Shown here: positions 8,882-19,328 of the stretch, piece after piece
Layout: the number at the start of each line of letters is the position of its first letter
How positions within the stretch are numbered: the stretch's first letter is position 1
Origin: a virus
Lineage: Duplodnaviria > Caudoviricetes
IMG/VR virus record: IMGVR_UViG_3300043812_000026
Strand: one strand, 5' to 3'
Length of the DNA: 64,000 bases
Translations under genes and position numbers: made by a program
The notes under the pieces: generated by a model
The model's database searches: none
What the model saw: the letters and a program-made list of their open reading frames with translations, nothing else
What the model was told of the DNA's origin: nothing

Positions 8882-11800
8882 CTATTTCTTAGGCCTACCC
8901 CACCAAGTAGCAGTATCAGTACCGAAACCTTGTGAGTAAGGTTCTTCTGCAATATTTTCTCCAGCATTCATATCAATAACTTTAGTATCTCCACCGTGCC
9001 AATCTTCTTCAAGAATACCCATGTGAGGGTTAGCATCATTAACTACCATATCCCCAGCTTTTGCGTCTTTTGAGTCAATAGGCTCCAAAATAGATTTACA
9101 TGAAAACGTAGTAAATGGTGTATCACCAACCGAATAACCGCATGATTTAGCACAATACCAACTAAAAGAACTACAATCTGCATGACCATTTTCCTTCGGA
9201 CTACCGATAGACCCAAAGTCTGACCTATTAGGTTGCGAATAAGTCCAACCCTTTGTTTTAACCTGTTGAGCAAACTTAACTATATCGTTATTAGATGTTC
9301 CTCCACTATCTCCTCCACTATCTTTACTTGCATTGGAAATAGCAGTAGCAAGATTTTGCTCACCAAAGTAACCCCCAAGAAAACGGGTAAACTTGCCCTT
9401 AAAACTCCAAGGTTCAGTAAATCTACGGTAAAAGTCGCCTGTTTCAGATCTTAAAGGAACACCACGAGTAACATTCAATGTAACCTGTAAACCATTAGCA
9501 TAACTCCAGCTAGTAGTTACACCCTCACAGTAAAATTCCCACCAGACACCAGAAGGGTCATCATAAAACATTACCCGCTCACCAATCCAATCTACCATTG
9601 GTGTAGAAAGCGATCCTAAAGTAATCGTGCCAGAATAGAACTTAGCATTATCTGCGTACCAATCAAATAACTTCTGTGTATACCTAAGGAATAAGAAAGG
9701 TACAGATTGTTGACCACTATCTGGTGATCCATTAATACCATCATGTCCTTGGTCAAAAGGAACTGAATTCATAATCCGGTCATAATCAGCCTCACTAGGC
9801 TTACCGCCATTAGCTAAAGCGGACTGCACAATCTCCCAAGCTTGTTCTGGTCCAATTGTATAACCCATTTCGTCAATCAACTCACCAGCCGCTTTTTCAG
9901 GGTTTTTAGCCATCCGGTCATAACTCTTTAAGTATTTAGAATTCTTAGAGATAGCTGTATTAGTAGGGGTGTAATTGGGCATCATAACACTAAGGTAGCT
10001 AGTACGATTAAAATGATTACGCATCGTCCATAATGTATTAGCGTCTTCTTGACTAATTCCCAAGCCAGCAACCGAACGGGCAAAATCATAAGCATTCCCA
10101 GAAGCTTTAATCGCTTCATTTACAGCATTATACTGAGCAGACCCACCAGCTTCTTTAGGAATAGAAATATCTTCACCATTAGCCTTACGTCCACTTGTGT
10201 AATAAAAAGCGTCAACTACAGATGTGTAATAAGGGGCGTGGAGCATTGCTTCTTCTTGAGTCCAGCCTTTCATAGCTTCACTATCTGCATTGGTAGTTCC
10301 TGCTTGTAACTGTGACAACGGATCCTCTTGTTTATTACCATTAAAGTAATCAACTTGTACATTCATTAACTTATAACCATAACGGTGAATAAGATCTAAA
10401 TTAGTTAAGGGTGCCATATTCCCTGTAAATCCACCGTCATACTGATCTATCCCCATACCTTGTGTAGGCGTAAGCTTAAAAATCGAAGCTTGTTCTTGAT
10501 CATTGTTTTGGATATTAACACTCATAATATCACCGGGAGCAATCTCATTAACAGGTAAGCCCATCCAGTTTTCGGGATCGAACGGTGTAGGACGATAATT
10601 AAAAGTAGCCAATCCCCGATCGTGCGTCCAATACATTTCATTAAAAGGTTTAGCAGAAACGTCTTTAATAAACTGGAGAATAGAACCATTGTAATTTAAG
10701 AATGGATTGCTTGGGCCTGCGTCTGGGTAGGACTCATCTAAGTTTTCATAAATATAGAACTCCATTAAATTCTGGATAGGTAATTCCCCATCTTCTGATA
10801 CCTGCATAGGAATATTTAACCAACTAACTTGATTATTAGTTTCCGGATCATTATTCTTCCCATTCTGGTCTGTATCTGAATTCTGGTCTGAACCATCAGC
10901 AGTATTGCCGTCCTTATCAGGTAAAGAATCAAGATAAGCTTGATAGTCAGCTTGTGTCATTGGTTGTCCCATAAAGTCATTAACTACGCCTGCTTTAACC
11001 GGAGTAGCCCGCTCAGTAATATCTCGACCACCTTGACCATTTAAGTAATCATAGGTATTTACTCCACCTTGATTTTGTAAGACAAACCGATTGATAATCT
11101 GCTTAATAATATTAGCAGACGTATGTTGCTTAAAACCAATCCCTGTCTTTTCATCATCTGGGAGCAGTTGATAACCATTAAGGTTAGACTGTAAATCAGA
11201 AAAAGTAGACAACTGAATATTACTCATAATCTTAGCCATACCTTGACCTACAACCGTATAAGTTTCTTGCGCTCCATTGTAATTAGCATTACGAGTTAAA
11301 TTAGAAACTAAACCAGTATAAATACACTTATCAAATTGACGATACTGTTTGTCTGGTAAGATATAATCTACCCGAATTAAGTCATTAACAGCAAACAGTG
11401 AAGACCAGTCATGACTATTACCTAAAATCATAGTCAAGGTTGGAATATCATTTTGCATATCGTTTTGTACTTGAACTGAAATTAAATCAGCAATTAATTT
11501 ATCTTGTGTGTCATCTGGAATTTGATGAGATACAGAACGGGGAACTAAAGGATAAGTACGTGAAATAGTTGCTACCGTTACCTGTAAATAACCAGACGTT
11601 GAAATAGAACCATATTTAGCTATATCACCCGGCTTATGGTCTATATGCGTAGGATAACGAGGAGTAGGCTTTTGTATTAAATTCAAGGACTCCTGCATTA
11701 TTTGTTTATAGTTTTCATCAGCCTTTGAAATATCTCTATCGTCCCCGCCTTTAGAAGAACCAGACTTATGACCTTTATTCTTATAAGCGTCTGATACTCC

Positions 11801-11947
11801 ACCATAAGCACCTACATCTATATGTGATTTAATTTGTTTATGATCTAATGCTTGCCCAGCAGACTTAGAGTCTACATGGAAAGGTTTCTTCTTTTTACTT
11901 GCTACTTGTCGATAAGCACCAATATCTATTTTTGGCAATATTTTCAC
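8882..11947 (-). CDS. baseplate hub / tail lysin with C-terminal NlpC/P60-type peptidase
   Basis: Follows tape measure; PFNEMYW..RPTPFDPENW as in Twort-like tail lysins; C-terminal DCSSF..HMGI. Confidence 0.8.
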   Translation of the reverse strand: MKILPKIDIGAYRQVASKKKKPFHVDSKSAGQALDHKQIKSHIDVGAYGGVSDAYKNKGHKSGSSKGGDDRDISKADENYKQIMQESLNLIQKPTPRYPTHIDHKPGDIAKYGSISTSGYLQVTVATISRTYPLVPRSVSHQIPDDTQDKLIADLISVQVQNDMQNDIPTLTMILGNSHDWSSLFAVNDLIRVDYILPDKQYRQFDKCIYTGLVSNLTRNANYNGAQETYTVVGQGMAKIMSNIQLSTFSDLQSNLNGYQLLPDDEKTGIGFKQHTSANIIKQIINRFVLQNQGGVNTYDYLNGQGGRDITERATPVKAGVVNDFMGQPMTQADYQAYLDSLPDKDGNTADGSDQNSDTDQNGKNNDPETNNQVSWLNIPMQVSEDGELPIQNLMEFYIYENLDESYPDAGPSNPFLNYNGSILQFIKDVSAKPFNEMYWTHDRGLATFNYRPTPFDPENWMGLPVNEIAPGDIMSVNIQNNDQEQASIFKLTPTQGMGIDQYDGGFTGNMAPLTNLDLIHRYGYKLMNVQVDYFNGNKQEDPLSQLQAGTTNADSEAMKGWTQEEAMLHAPYYTSVVDAFYYTSGRKANGEDISIPKEAGGSAQYNAVNEAIKASGNAYDFARSVAGLGISQEDANTLWTMRNHFNRTSYLSVMMPNYTPTNTAISKNSKYLKSYDRMAKNPEKAAGELIDEMGYTIGPEQAWEIVQSALANGGKPSEADYDRIMNSVPFDQGHDGINGSPDSGQQSVPFLFLRYTQKLFDWYADNAKFYSGTITLGSLSTPMVDWIGERVMFYDDPSGVWWEFYCEGVTTSWSYANGLQVTLNVTRGVPLRSETGDFYRRFTEPWSFKGKFTRFLGGYFGEQNLATAISNASKDSGGDSGGTSNNDIVKFAQQVKTKGWTYSQPNRSDFGSIGSPKENGHADCSSFSWYCAKSCGYSVGDTPFTTFSCKSILEPIDSKDAKAGDMVVNDANPHMGILEEDWHGGDTKVIDMNAGENIAEEPYSQGFGTDTATWWGRPKK

Positions 11948-11973
11948 CTCTTTATTTTCCTTTAATATAAATC

Positions 11974-12010
11974 AAAATCCTCTATGCGCGTCTGAAACAT
12001 AGAGGATTTT
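11974..12010 (-). terminator. intrinsic terminator
   Basis: AAAATCCTCTATG-loop-CATAGAGGATTTT hairpin. Confidence 0.75.
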
Positions 12011-12019
12011 AGGGTGTGT

Positions 12020-12205
12020 ATTAACAAATGTTCAACTAAATTATGGACTACACACCAATTAAAAATTAGTGGTTTCTGGGAACACTTAGTAGTATTTAGG
12101 ATTTTACAAGTGTATTCACTATACCTAACTTACAGAACTAAGCTATCTTACCATGGCTAGTCCCTAACCTTAAATACATTTAGCAACTTTGGTTTTCAGT
12201 TGCTG
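12020..12205 (-). ncRNA. stand-alone TnpB omegaRNA-like locus
   Basis: 12074-12173 is 95/100 identical to the reverse complement of 60253-60352 (3' of tnpB); followed by a right-end-like hairpin, putative guide and terminator; TGGACT-17-TATAAT upstream. Confidence 0.7.
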
Positions 12206-12223
12206 TTTATATTATAACTTCAT

Positions 12224-15200
12224 TTAGACTAGAAGTCCAGAAGTTTCGTTAGCAAAGAATGTTTGCTGATTACTCATTGCTTGTTGGTTATCATATTGAC
12301 TTAGCATTTCTCTTACTTTATTAGCTACTGTTTGAGCTAATGTATCTGGATCATCAGTACCACCATTAATTGTAAGGTTAATATTATAACTTGGATTAAT
12401 AGTAGTTGATTTTCCACCAGACTCAGAAACTCCCGGATTAACTACCTTTTTACCAAAGATACCAGCTAAGTCGTCTAAAATAGAAAGCCCACTAAAGTAA
12501 TGACCAGCATTTAATGGTACATAAGCTTCTGTTCCCGCTTCACCATAAACATCACTACCATTATTAGTAGTTGGGTGGTCTGTGATTAAAGGACTGCCGG
12601 AAGCATATTGACGAATACCACCTACAGCATATTGCTTAGCAAATCTTTCCATTCCTCCAGCATATTCAGCAGGAGAAGCAGTAAAGTAACCTTTACTATG
12701 AAGCTGGTTAGCCCAGTCATTAACAGACTTAATACTACTATTAATACCCATCTTCTGAAGGGTAGAAGCATAAGCATTAGCAAAGTCGTCTAAGCTATCA
12801 AAGTCTGCATAATTACCACTACCGTCTGGCTGATGAGACCCAGCTTTAGCACCTTTCTGACCAGCATAAACAATACCACCATAGTTGTTTTTACCAGCCA
12901 TATGAGTCCCACCACCAGTTTCATGCATCAATTGTGCATAAACTAGTTTAGGATCAACACCAAGCTTCTTACCAATAGCTTTTGCAACGCTCCGAATAGC
13001 CTTTTCTCCCTCACCAGAAGTACCAGATATACCCGAGTCGTCACCATCTTTATTAGAACTAGAATCTCCACCGTTCTTAATAGACTTAGCAGATTGAACT
13101 ACTCGCATAGCATGATCAAGCATTTTATCATAGCCACGTAAAATACGCCATGCTTCTGATTTCTCACTATCCTTCTTTGAGGAAGCTTTAGCTTTACCCC
13201 CAAAGAAATCGTCCATTAAGCCTAAGCCAGCAACGCCAAGAGCAACCCCCGGTAAGAATCGCTTACCATTCTTTAGAATACCTCTTAGTACGCCACCAGA
13301 CTTATTATACTTACTTGCAGTCTTACGAGCGTCTCTAAGTGATTGTCCTTTAGCTTTATTAATAGCTTTATCCTTAGACTTACCTATCTTACCACCAAGG
13401 AAACCACCAAACTTATCACCTAACCAGCCACCAGCTACACTACCAGCAACCGCACCAACCGCAGTACCAGCACCGGGGAAAATTGAACCTATCAGTCCAC
13501 CAACAACCCCACCAGCAACACTACCAGCAGACGACCCTAAGCTAGAACCGACAGCTTTTCTACGAGCTTTAGTACCTTTCTTAGTAGTTGCAACAGAGGT
13601 AGCTAGATCTAAACCACCAAAGACTAAATCACCAATACCCGGCAACCCGGCTTTAGCACCACGAACTAAACCTCTTAACTTACTAGACTTTAAGACACTG
13701 GAAGCGGTAGCTCTAATACCAGAGCGAGAAACTGACTTAGCACCTGTCTTAACAGCTTCTTCTCCAGCTTTAGCAGTTGCTTTTTCAGCTCCCTTTTCTA
13801 CAGGTGATTTACCACCTTTAAAGATACGTCCTAAGATACCAGACCCTCCAGCACCTCCAGAACCACCTTTACCTCTTAGCTTATCAAGAGCATAGATACT
13901 CATAAGATTTCCAGCACCAGCACCAAATGCACTAGCGACACCAGAAACAAATGGAGATAACCCACCACCAGCTTTATAAGCCTTAGCAATAATACCACGT
14001 AAACCGTCTAAAGCTTGACTAGCTTTCATAGCAGAATCAGCTAATGCAGAATTATACTTTTGAAGTTGTGAAGCTCCTGTCTTATCATAGTCCTGATCTG
14101 CTGTCCCGCCTTCTTTACTTGCACTAGATGATTTTTCTAACTTATCTATATGCTTCTTATCTAACTTACCGGAATCTGCTAATTGAATCCACTTTTCAAT
14201 AGTCTCTGCCGGAACACCCGTCGCCTGATATAGATTAGCGGAAGCAACCCTGCGACTACCAAAATCTTTTTCAGCATTTTGGAGAATTCCTTTCATCTTC
14301 CATGGTTTCTTCTGGAACTCTTGCATATCAAAAACCATATTAGCAGAACCCTCTACCCCTGTATAGCGACTAGGATTAGACTGAGCAAAAAGCTGTCGCA
14401 TCATTGGGTTATTAACATTACCTAATCCTTGAGCTAACTGCATAGTATTTTGAGCGCCTTGTGTACCTTGGAATTGTGCCCCACCACTAGCAATTGCACC
14501 TTGGAAGCCCGCTAAGTTCTTCTCATCACGAGCAGTAAGACCCTGATTACTTGCATTCTGGATTAACATAGATAATCCTTGTTGCTGTTCTGTTGCCTTA
14601 GCACTCATACCAGAATTGATGATAGAGTTAGTAATTGCATTACCGACACTACTCATCTGACTAGAATTTAAATTAGCACTATTACCGACAGTCTGTTCTA
14701 GCCCTAAAGTACTCTGTGCATTAGCTCCTGTGATACGAGACTGTCTAGCCCACGTCTGAGCAACACCAGCAACATCTCTAATACTTCCCACATTACCAGT
14801 AGTAGAAGTATAAGCATTGGCAAACTGACCCATTTCTGCGCCATTATAACCATATTTATAACCGTAGTCGCCTAGAGTATTAAGAACTTCACCATCTCTA
14901 CCACCATTAGCATATGCAGTAGACTTAATATCGTCAAAACTAGAAAGTCTTAAACTATTTCCTTGAGCATAAGCACTAGCAATAGAAGCGCCCCCAGCAG
15001 CGATAGCACCACGTAAAATAGTATATTTACGCTTATTAAGCTGACCCATAAAAGAATTAGGGTCATCACCAATAGTTACCCCTTGAGTATCATCAAGGCG
15101 ATCATTAAACGACTCTGAATTCTTTTCGGCAGTTCGTAATTCTTCTTCCTGCTTCTTAAATTGCTCATTAACCTTTTCTAGGTGCTTAACTTGTTCGTCT

Positions 15201-15970
15201 AAAGCTCTAGCATAACGAACCTGCTCAGTAGTTGCGCCCGGTGCAGAAGCAACATTATTAGCTTCTTTTGCTTGAGTTTGTAAATTTTGATAATAACTAG
15301 CAAAACGAGCAATATCACCAGTAGGAGAATTAAACCGATCTCGTTGTTCTTGCAAACGGCTTTGAATAGACTGAGACGAGGCTTTGTACTGGTGATAACG
15401 ATTATATGAAATATAACCAGACTTCCTACCAACTTCTAAGTTACCCATTTCACGTTTAAGCGAACTAGCTAAATTATGAATATCAGATCGGCTTTCTCTA
15501 GCTAAACTTTCATAATGTAAGTTTTGTTGACTAAAGTCTCCCTGTTCACCACGAATAGTAGCACTCCCGTCTATAAAAGCACGAGAAGTAGTTGTACGAG
15601 CATTAAAGATAGAATCAAGCTTAGTACTATTATTACCAGATCTTAACTCTCTTAAGCTACTAACAACTAGATCTAACTTAGGAGCTAAAGTATTAATGCT
15701 TTCTTCTAGCTTAGAACCATTCTGAGTTGCCTTAGCTTGATTAAGAGCATTATCTAAAGCAGATTTAACTTCGTCTAAACGACCAAAGCCATTTTGAACC
15801 CCAGCTAACTGCTTATTACTAATCTGACCGTTATTATCTTGTACAGTACTAAATACCCGATTAATCTTCTGTTGGGTAGAATTAACTAGATCCTCAATTT
15901 CTCGAAGACTCGCTTTGGCGGGGTCAACATCAGCCGTAACCTTAATATTTGTATCTTCTTGCTTGCTCAC
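12224..15970 (-). CDS. tape measure protein with C-terminal glucosaminidase-like (GH73-type) hydrolase
   Basis: 1248 aa, coiled-coil and Gly/Ala-rich segments; AQLMHETG..NNYGGI..YADFDSL..GYFT. Confidence 0.8.
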   Translation of the reverse strand: MSKQEDTNIKVTADVDPAKASLREIEDLVNSTQQKINRVFSTVQDNNGQISNKQLAGVQNGFGRLDEVKSALDNALNQAKATQNGSKLEESINTLAPKLDLVVSSLRELRSGNNSTKLDSIFNARTTTSRAFIDGSATIRGEQGDFSQQNLHYESLARESRSDIHNLASSLKREMGNLEVGRKSGYISYNRYHQYKASSQSIQSRLQEQRDRFNSPTGDIARFASYYQNLQTQAKEANNVASAPGATTEQVRYARALDEQVKHLEKVNEQFKKQEEELRTAEKNSESFNDRLDDTQGVTIGDDPNSFMGQLNKRKYTILRGAIAAGGASIASAYAQGNSLRLSSFDDIKSTAYANGGRDGEVLNTLGDYGYKYGYNGAEMGQFANAYTSTTGNVGSIRDVAGVAQTWARQSRITGANAQSTLGLEQTVGNSANLNSSQMSSVGNAITNSIINSGMSAKATEQQQGLSMLIQNASNQGLTARDEKNLAGFQGAIASGGAQFQGTQGAQNTMQLAQGLGNVNNPMMRQLFAQSNPSRYTGVEGSANMVFDMQEFQKKPWKMKGILQNAEKDFGSRRVASANLYQATGVPAETIEKWIQLADSGKLDKKHIDKLEKSSSASKEGGTADQDYDKTGASQLQKYNSALADSAMKASQALDGLRGIIAKAYKAGGGLSPFVSGVASAFGAGAGNLMSIYALDKLRGKGGSGGAGGSGILGRIFKGGKSPVEKGAEKATAKAGEEAVKTGAKSVSRSGIRATASSVLKSSKLRGLVRGAKAGLPGIGDLVFGGLDLATSVATTKKGTKARRKAVGSSLGSSAGSVAGGVVGGLIGSIFPGAGTAVGAVAGSVAGGWLGDKFGGFLGGKIGKSKDKAINKAKGQSLRDARKTASKYNKSGGVLRGILKNGKRFLPGVALGVAGLGLMDDFFGGKAKASSKKDSEKSEAWRILRGYDKMLDHAMRVVQSAKSIKNGGDSSSNKDGDDSGISGTSGEGEKAIRSVAKAIGKKLGVDPKLVYAQLMHETGGGTHMAGKNNYGGIVYAGQKGAKAGSHQPDGSGNYADFDSLDDFANAYASTLQKMGINSSIKSVNDWANQLHSKGYFTASPAEYAGGMERFAKQYAVGGIRQYASGSPLITDHPTTNNGSDVYGEAGTEAYVPLNAGHYFSGLSILDDLAGIFGKKVVNPGVSESGGKSTTINPSYNINLTINGGTDDPDTLAQTVANKVREMLSQYDNQQAMSNQQTFFANETSGLLV

Positions 15971-15978
15971 TTAATCAC

Positions 15979-18900
15979 CTACCCAACTTCATTACTATAG
16001 AAACTTGCATACTGTTCAGCCTTCTTAGACTGCAACCAAAGGTTAAATTCCTCATTAATTGTTTGGTCTACAACCTGCTGGAACTTAAGAATATTATTAC
16101 GATTAATGTTTACATTAACATTAACTTTTCCACGATTTCTCTGAACTTTAATATAGTTTTGAGACTTCCTAATATTCTGCTTAAAAAGTGTTTGCAATTC
16201 TAATGGATGCTGTAAATTCATATTGAATTGACTAGTAGGAGCTTGAGCTACCCGTGTACTATATATGTTACCTGTAGCATGATAACGAATACCACCAGTA
16301 GCCTGATAATGAGGAGTCCAACCCCTCTTAACTCCTGTAGGAGCTAAATCAGAACGCCAATTCTTATCCGATAAAACAGCTACTAATTGGTCAAGAGCGC
16401 TATGAATATTATTATGACCACTGGGCATATATTTTTGAGCCGAATTCCAAGTAGAAACCTTAAATTGAAATAACCCTATAGGTAAGCCCGTACCATCATG
16501 GTCATCATATCCCCCACCTTGAGATGGATCTACACCAGACTCAAAGAATGCTTGTGAGTACAGTTGATCAATATCAGCATCAGATAGCTTTTGATGAACA
16601 ATCTTAGCGGCCTGTTTAGCAACTTTAGCAAAGTCTTCTTTAGACATCTTACCTTGAGGAGAATCTGCACTTCCACCACTACCAACATCATCACTAGAGC
16701 TACTACCAGATTCTTTAGCTTTACGCAGGAAAATATCCCAATAAGTATTAAGATAATCAATTAAACGCCACTCTGACTTATGAAGTCGCTTATATTTGTT
16801 CTGAACCTGCTTAGCTAACTTACTAACAGTCATACTAGAAGCTTTCTTATTAGACTGTTTATTATTCTTAGAACGAGAATTATCTTCTTTAGGGTTAACT
16901 GTAGAAGCATGGGCTTTATTATCATTCTTATAACTATCATATAAAGCATAAGCACCCATACCAACACCAATTAAAGCACCAGCTTTACCTATCTTTCTAA
17001 CAGGAACTTTAGATCCAGATTTTACAAGTGTCGTAGGATTGATTTTAACCCCCGATTTAGCCCTTTTAATCGTTTTAGTACCAGATACACTAGAACTAGA
17101 TTTATTGCTCTTAGCGTTGCTTACAATCGAAATTACGGTATCTTTTAAGCTACTACCCTTACCTTTAATAGCAGATAGAGTACCTTTAAGTCCTCGATTC
17201 TTAAGACTACCTGCTATCTTTTGATAACCACTCTTAGCATAACCCCCATAAATAAGACCTACTCCTAGATCACCTAGCATAGAAACACCCATAGACGTTC
17301 CTACTCCAGACATAATATTACTAATCCAAAAAGTCTTATTTATCCAATTAAGCTTATGGGTGAAATGATTTAAAGCGTGGGAAGCTTTAACTTCACTTTC
17401 TTGAATAGCCTTTTGCTGTTGCTGAATGGTCTTAGCACCAGTTTTATCATACTTATCTTTATTCCCTTTGCCACTACCCTTAACAATCTTATCAACATTC
17501 TTCTTAGTAAACTTCTTATGCTTATAAAGCTCTACTAAATCTTTAGCTTGTTGAGGTGAAAGATTACCACCGTTCTCTTTTGATAATTGATAAAGGTTAC
17601 CGGACGCAATTGTAACATCACCATTTTTAGTACGGGCTTGTGTCTTAGCATTTCTTAAAAGGTTATCAATAGCAGTTTTGTATTTATATGGATGTTTAGA
17701 AGCGTCCTGCATATCAAAAATAGCTTGAGCATGACCTTCTCTTGTTTGATAGGCTGGATTATTGCCAGTAAATAACCTAAGAGAAGCTATGTTACTAGGC
17801 TGAAAAGCTGAGACTAAACCAGCATAGGCTTGCGCCCCCTGTTGCCCCTGTAATTCAGACTTACCAGTTTGAGCCATAACCCCTTGAAAACCAGCAATTT
17901 CTTTTTGATCTCTAGTTGATAAAGTACTACCAGAAACATTAAAAGCTGTTTGATACATATTAGCTAGGGCTTGTTGTTGCTCATTAGCCTTTGCATTCAT
18001 ACCAGAATTAGTAATCTCATTTTGAATTGCATTCGCTAAGCTACTAAATTCTTTAGTACCAGCTAATGAGGTCATAGCACTTACGTATTCTAAATTTTGA
18101 GTGGTAGAATCATTAGCACCAGAATATCGAGACAATCCAGCCCAAGACCTTGTTACGTCTTTAATTTGATTTTGACTTAAATTAGCATTACCGGTAGCAG
18201 ACGTATAGTTATTAAGATAAGTACTCATCTCGTCTAAACCATAACCCATACTAAATCCAGCGTCTGCTAAAGTATTCTCTACCTTGTTTTCTCCTAAACC
18301 AGAAGCATAAACAGTTGACTTAATATTGTCAAAATTATTTAAAATAAGACTATTTCCTGTATTATAAGCACGTATAGTATTACCAACTGCACCTACAATA
18401 GCAGAACGAGTAAGAATTCGCTTATGGGTACTAAGAAACCCTTTTAGTGAGTCCTTAGCGGGTAAAACAACAGTATCCACAGTCTGTTTATCATGTAGCT
18501 TATCATTAGAGAGATTAATCCGACTTCCAGTATTATTGAGTGTATTAGCTAAATCACTTAAAGTCTGATCTACCTTTCGCATTTTTATGATCTGTTCGTC
18601 TAATGCAGATCGTTTAGTAACATCATTTTGACTACCTTTACCAGACTCAATCCGACTATTTAAAACATTTCGTTCCTTAGTTAATTGTTGTAACTGATCA
18701 TCATATTGCTTTTTTAACTCTTGGTATTGGTTGCTATAAATATCATATTCATTGGCTTGGGTTTGATTTTGGTCTTGATACTTTTGCCATCGTTCATAAG
18801 TAACTGCACCATTAAAAACACCACGATCCCAGCGCCTTTCCAAAATCTTACTACGGTTACTTAACTTACCAATATTATCTTTTAAATCAGTTAAATCATG

Positions 18901-19320
18901 TTGAAAATCAGAATTAAGTTTATCGAAGTCATTAGTTCTAAATGCTCTTGAAGAAGTAACTCGATAATTATTTACTTGATTAAATTTATAAGAAGAAAAG
19001 AGTTGATTAGACTCCTTACCAGCGTCTGTCAACTCTTTTAATTCGTCTAAAAATTTAGCAATCTGGTCTGTATCATTAACAATTCTTGCTTGGTCTAATT
19101 GTTCATTAGTCCGTTGCTTTCTATCATCAATTGCCTGTACAAGACCAGATAAATGACTTTGTAAGTTAGTTAAGTCTTTGTCACTTACAGTATTGTTATT
19201 ATCTTGACCTCGTTGATAGACCCGATCAATTTCTTTATTTAATCTGTTTAACTGACTAGCAAGAGATTTAAAACGACCATCGCCAATATCAAGTTTTACT
19301 GTATATCGTGACACTGACAT
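15979..19320 (-). CDS. second tape-measure-like paralogue with C-terminal lytic transglycosylase-like domain
   Basis: Collinear similarity to 12224..15970 (FDxIKST, ITNSGMxAKAxEQQQ, AGFQG); FESG..GLFQF motif. Confidence 0.75.
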   Translation of the reverse strand: MSVSRYTVKLDIGDGRFKSLASQLNRLNKEIDRVYQRGQDNNNTVSDKDLTNLQSHLSGLVQAIDDRKQRTNEQLDQARIVNDTDQIAKFLDELKELTDAGKESNQLFSSYKFNQVNNYRVTSSRAFRTNDFDKLNSDFQHDLTDLKDNIGKLSNRSKILERRWDRGVFNGAVTYERWQKYQDQNQTQANEYDIYSNQYQELKKQYDDQLQQLTKERNVLNSRIESGKGSQNDVTKRSALDEQIIKMRKVDQTLSDLANTLNNTGSRINLSNDKLHDKQTVDTVVLPAKDSLKGFLSTHKRILTRSAIVGAVGNTIRAYNTGNSLILNNFDNIKSTVYASGLGENKVENTLADAGFSMGYGLDEMSTYLNNYTSATGNANLSQNQIKDVTRSWAGLSRYSGANDSTTQNLEYVSAMTSLAGTKEFSSLANAIQNEITNSGMNAKANEQQQALANMYQTAFNVSGSTLSTRDQKEIAGFQGVMAQTGKSELQGQQGAQAYAGLVSAFQPSNIASLRLFTGNNPAYQTREGHAQAIFDMQDASKHPYKYKTAIDNLLRNAKTQARTKNGDVTIASGNLYQLSKENGGNLSPQQAKDLVELYKHKKFTKKNVDKIVKGSGKGNKDKYDKTGAKTIQQQQKAIQESEVKASHALNHFTHKLNWINKTFWISNIMSGVGTSMGVSMLGDLGVGLIYGGYAKSGYQKIAGSLKNRGLKGTLSAIKGKGSSLKDTVISIVSNAKSNKSSSSVSGTKTIKRAKSGVKINPTTLVKSGSKVPVRKIGKAGALIGVGMGAYALYDSYKNDNKAHASTVNPKEDNSRSKNNKQSNKKASSMTVSKLAKQVQNKYKRLHKSEWRLIDYLNTYWDIFLRKAKESGSSSSDDVGSGGSADSPQGKMSKEDFAKVAKQAAKIVHQKLSDADIDQLYSQAFFESGVDPSQGGGYDDHDGTGLPIGLFQFKVSTWNSAQKYMPSGHNNIHSALDQLVAVLSDKNWRSDLAPTGVKRGWTPHYQATGGIRYHATGNIYSTRVAQAPTSQFNMNLQHPLELQTLFKQNIRKSQNYIKVQRNRGKVNVNVNINRNNILKFQQVVDQTINEEFNLWLQSKKAEQYASFYSNEVG

Positions 19321-19328
19321 TACTTCAC

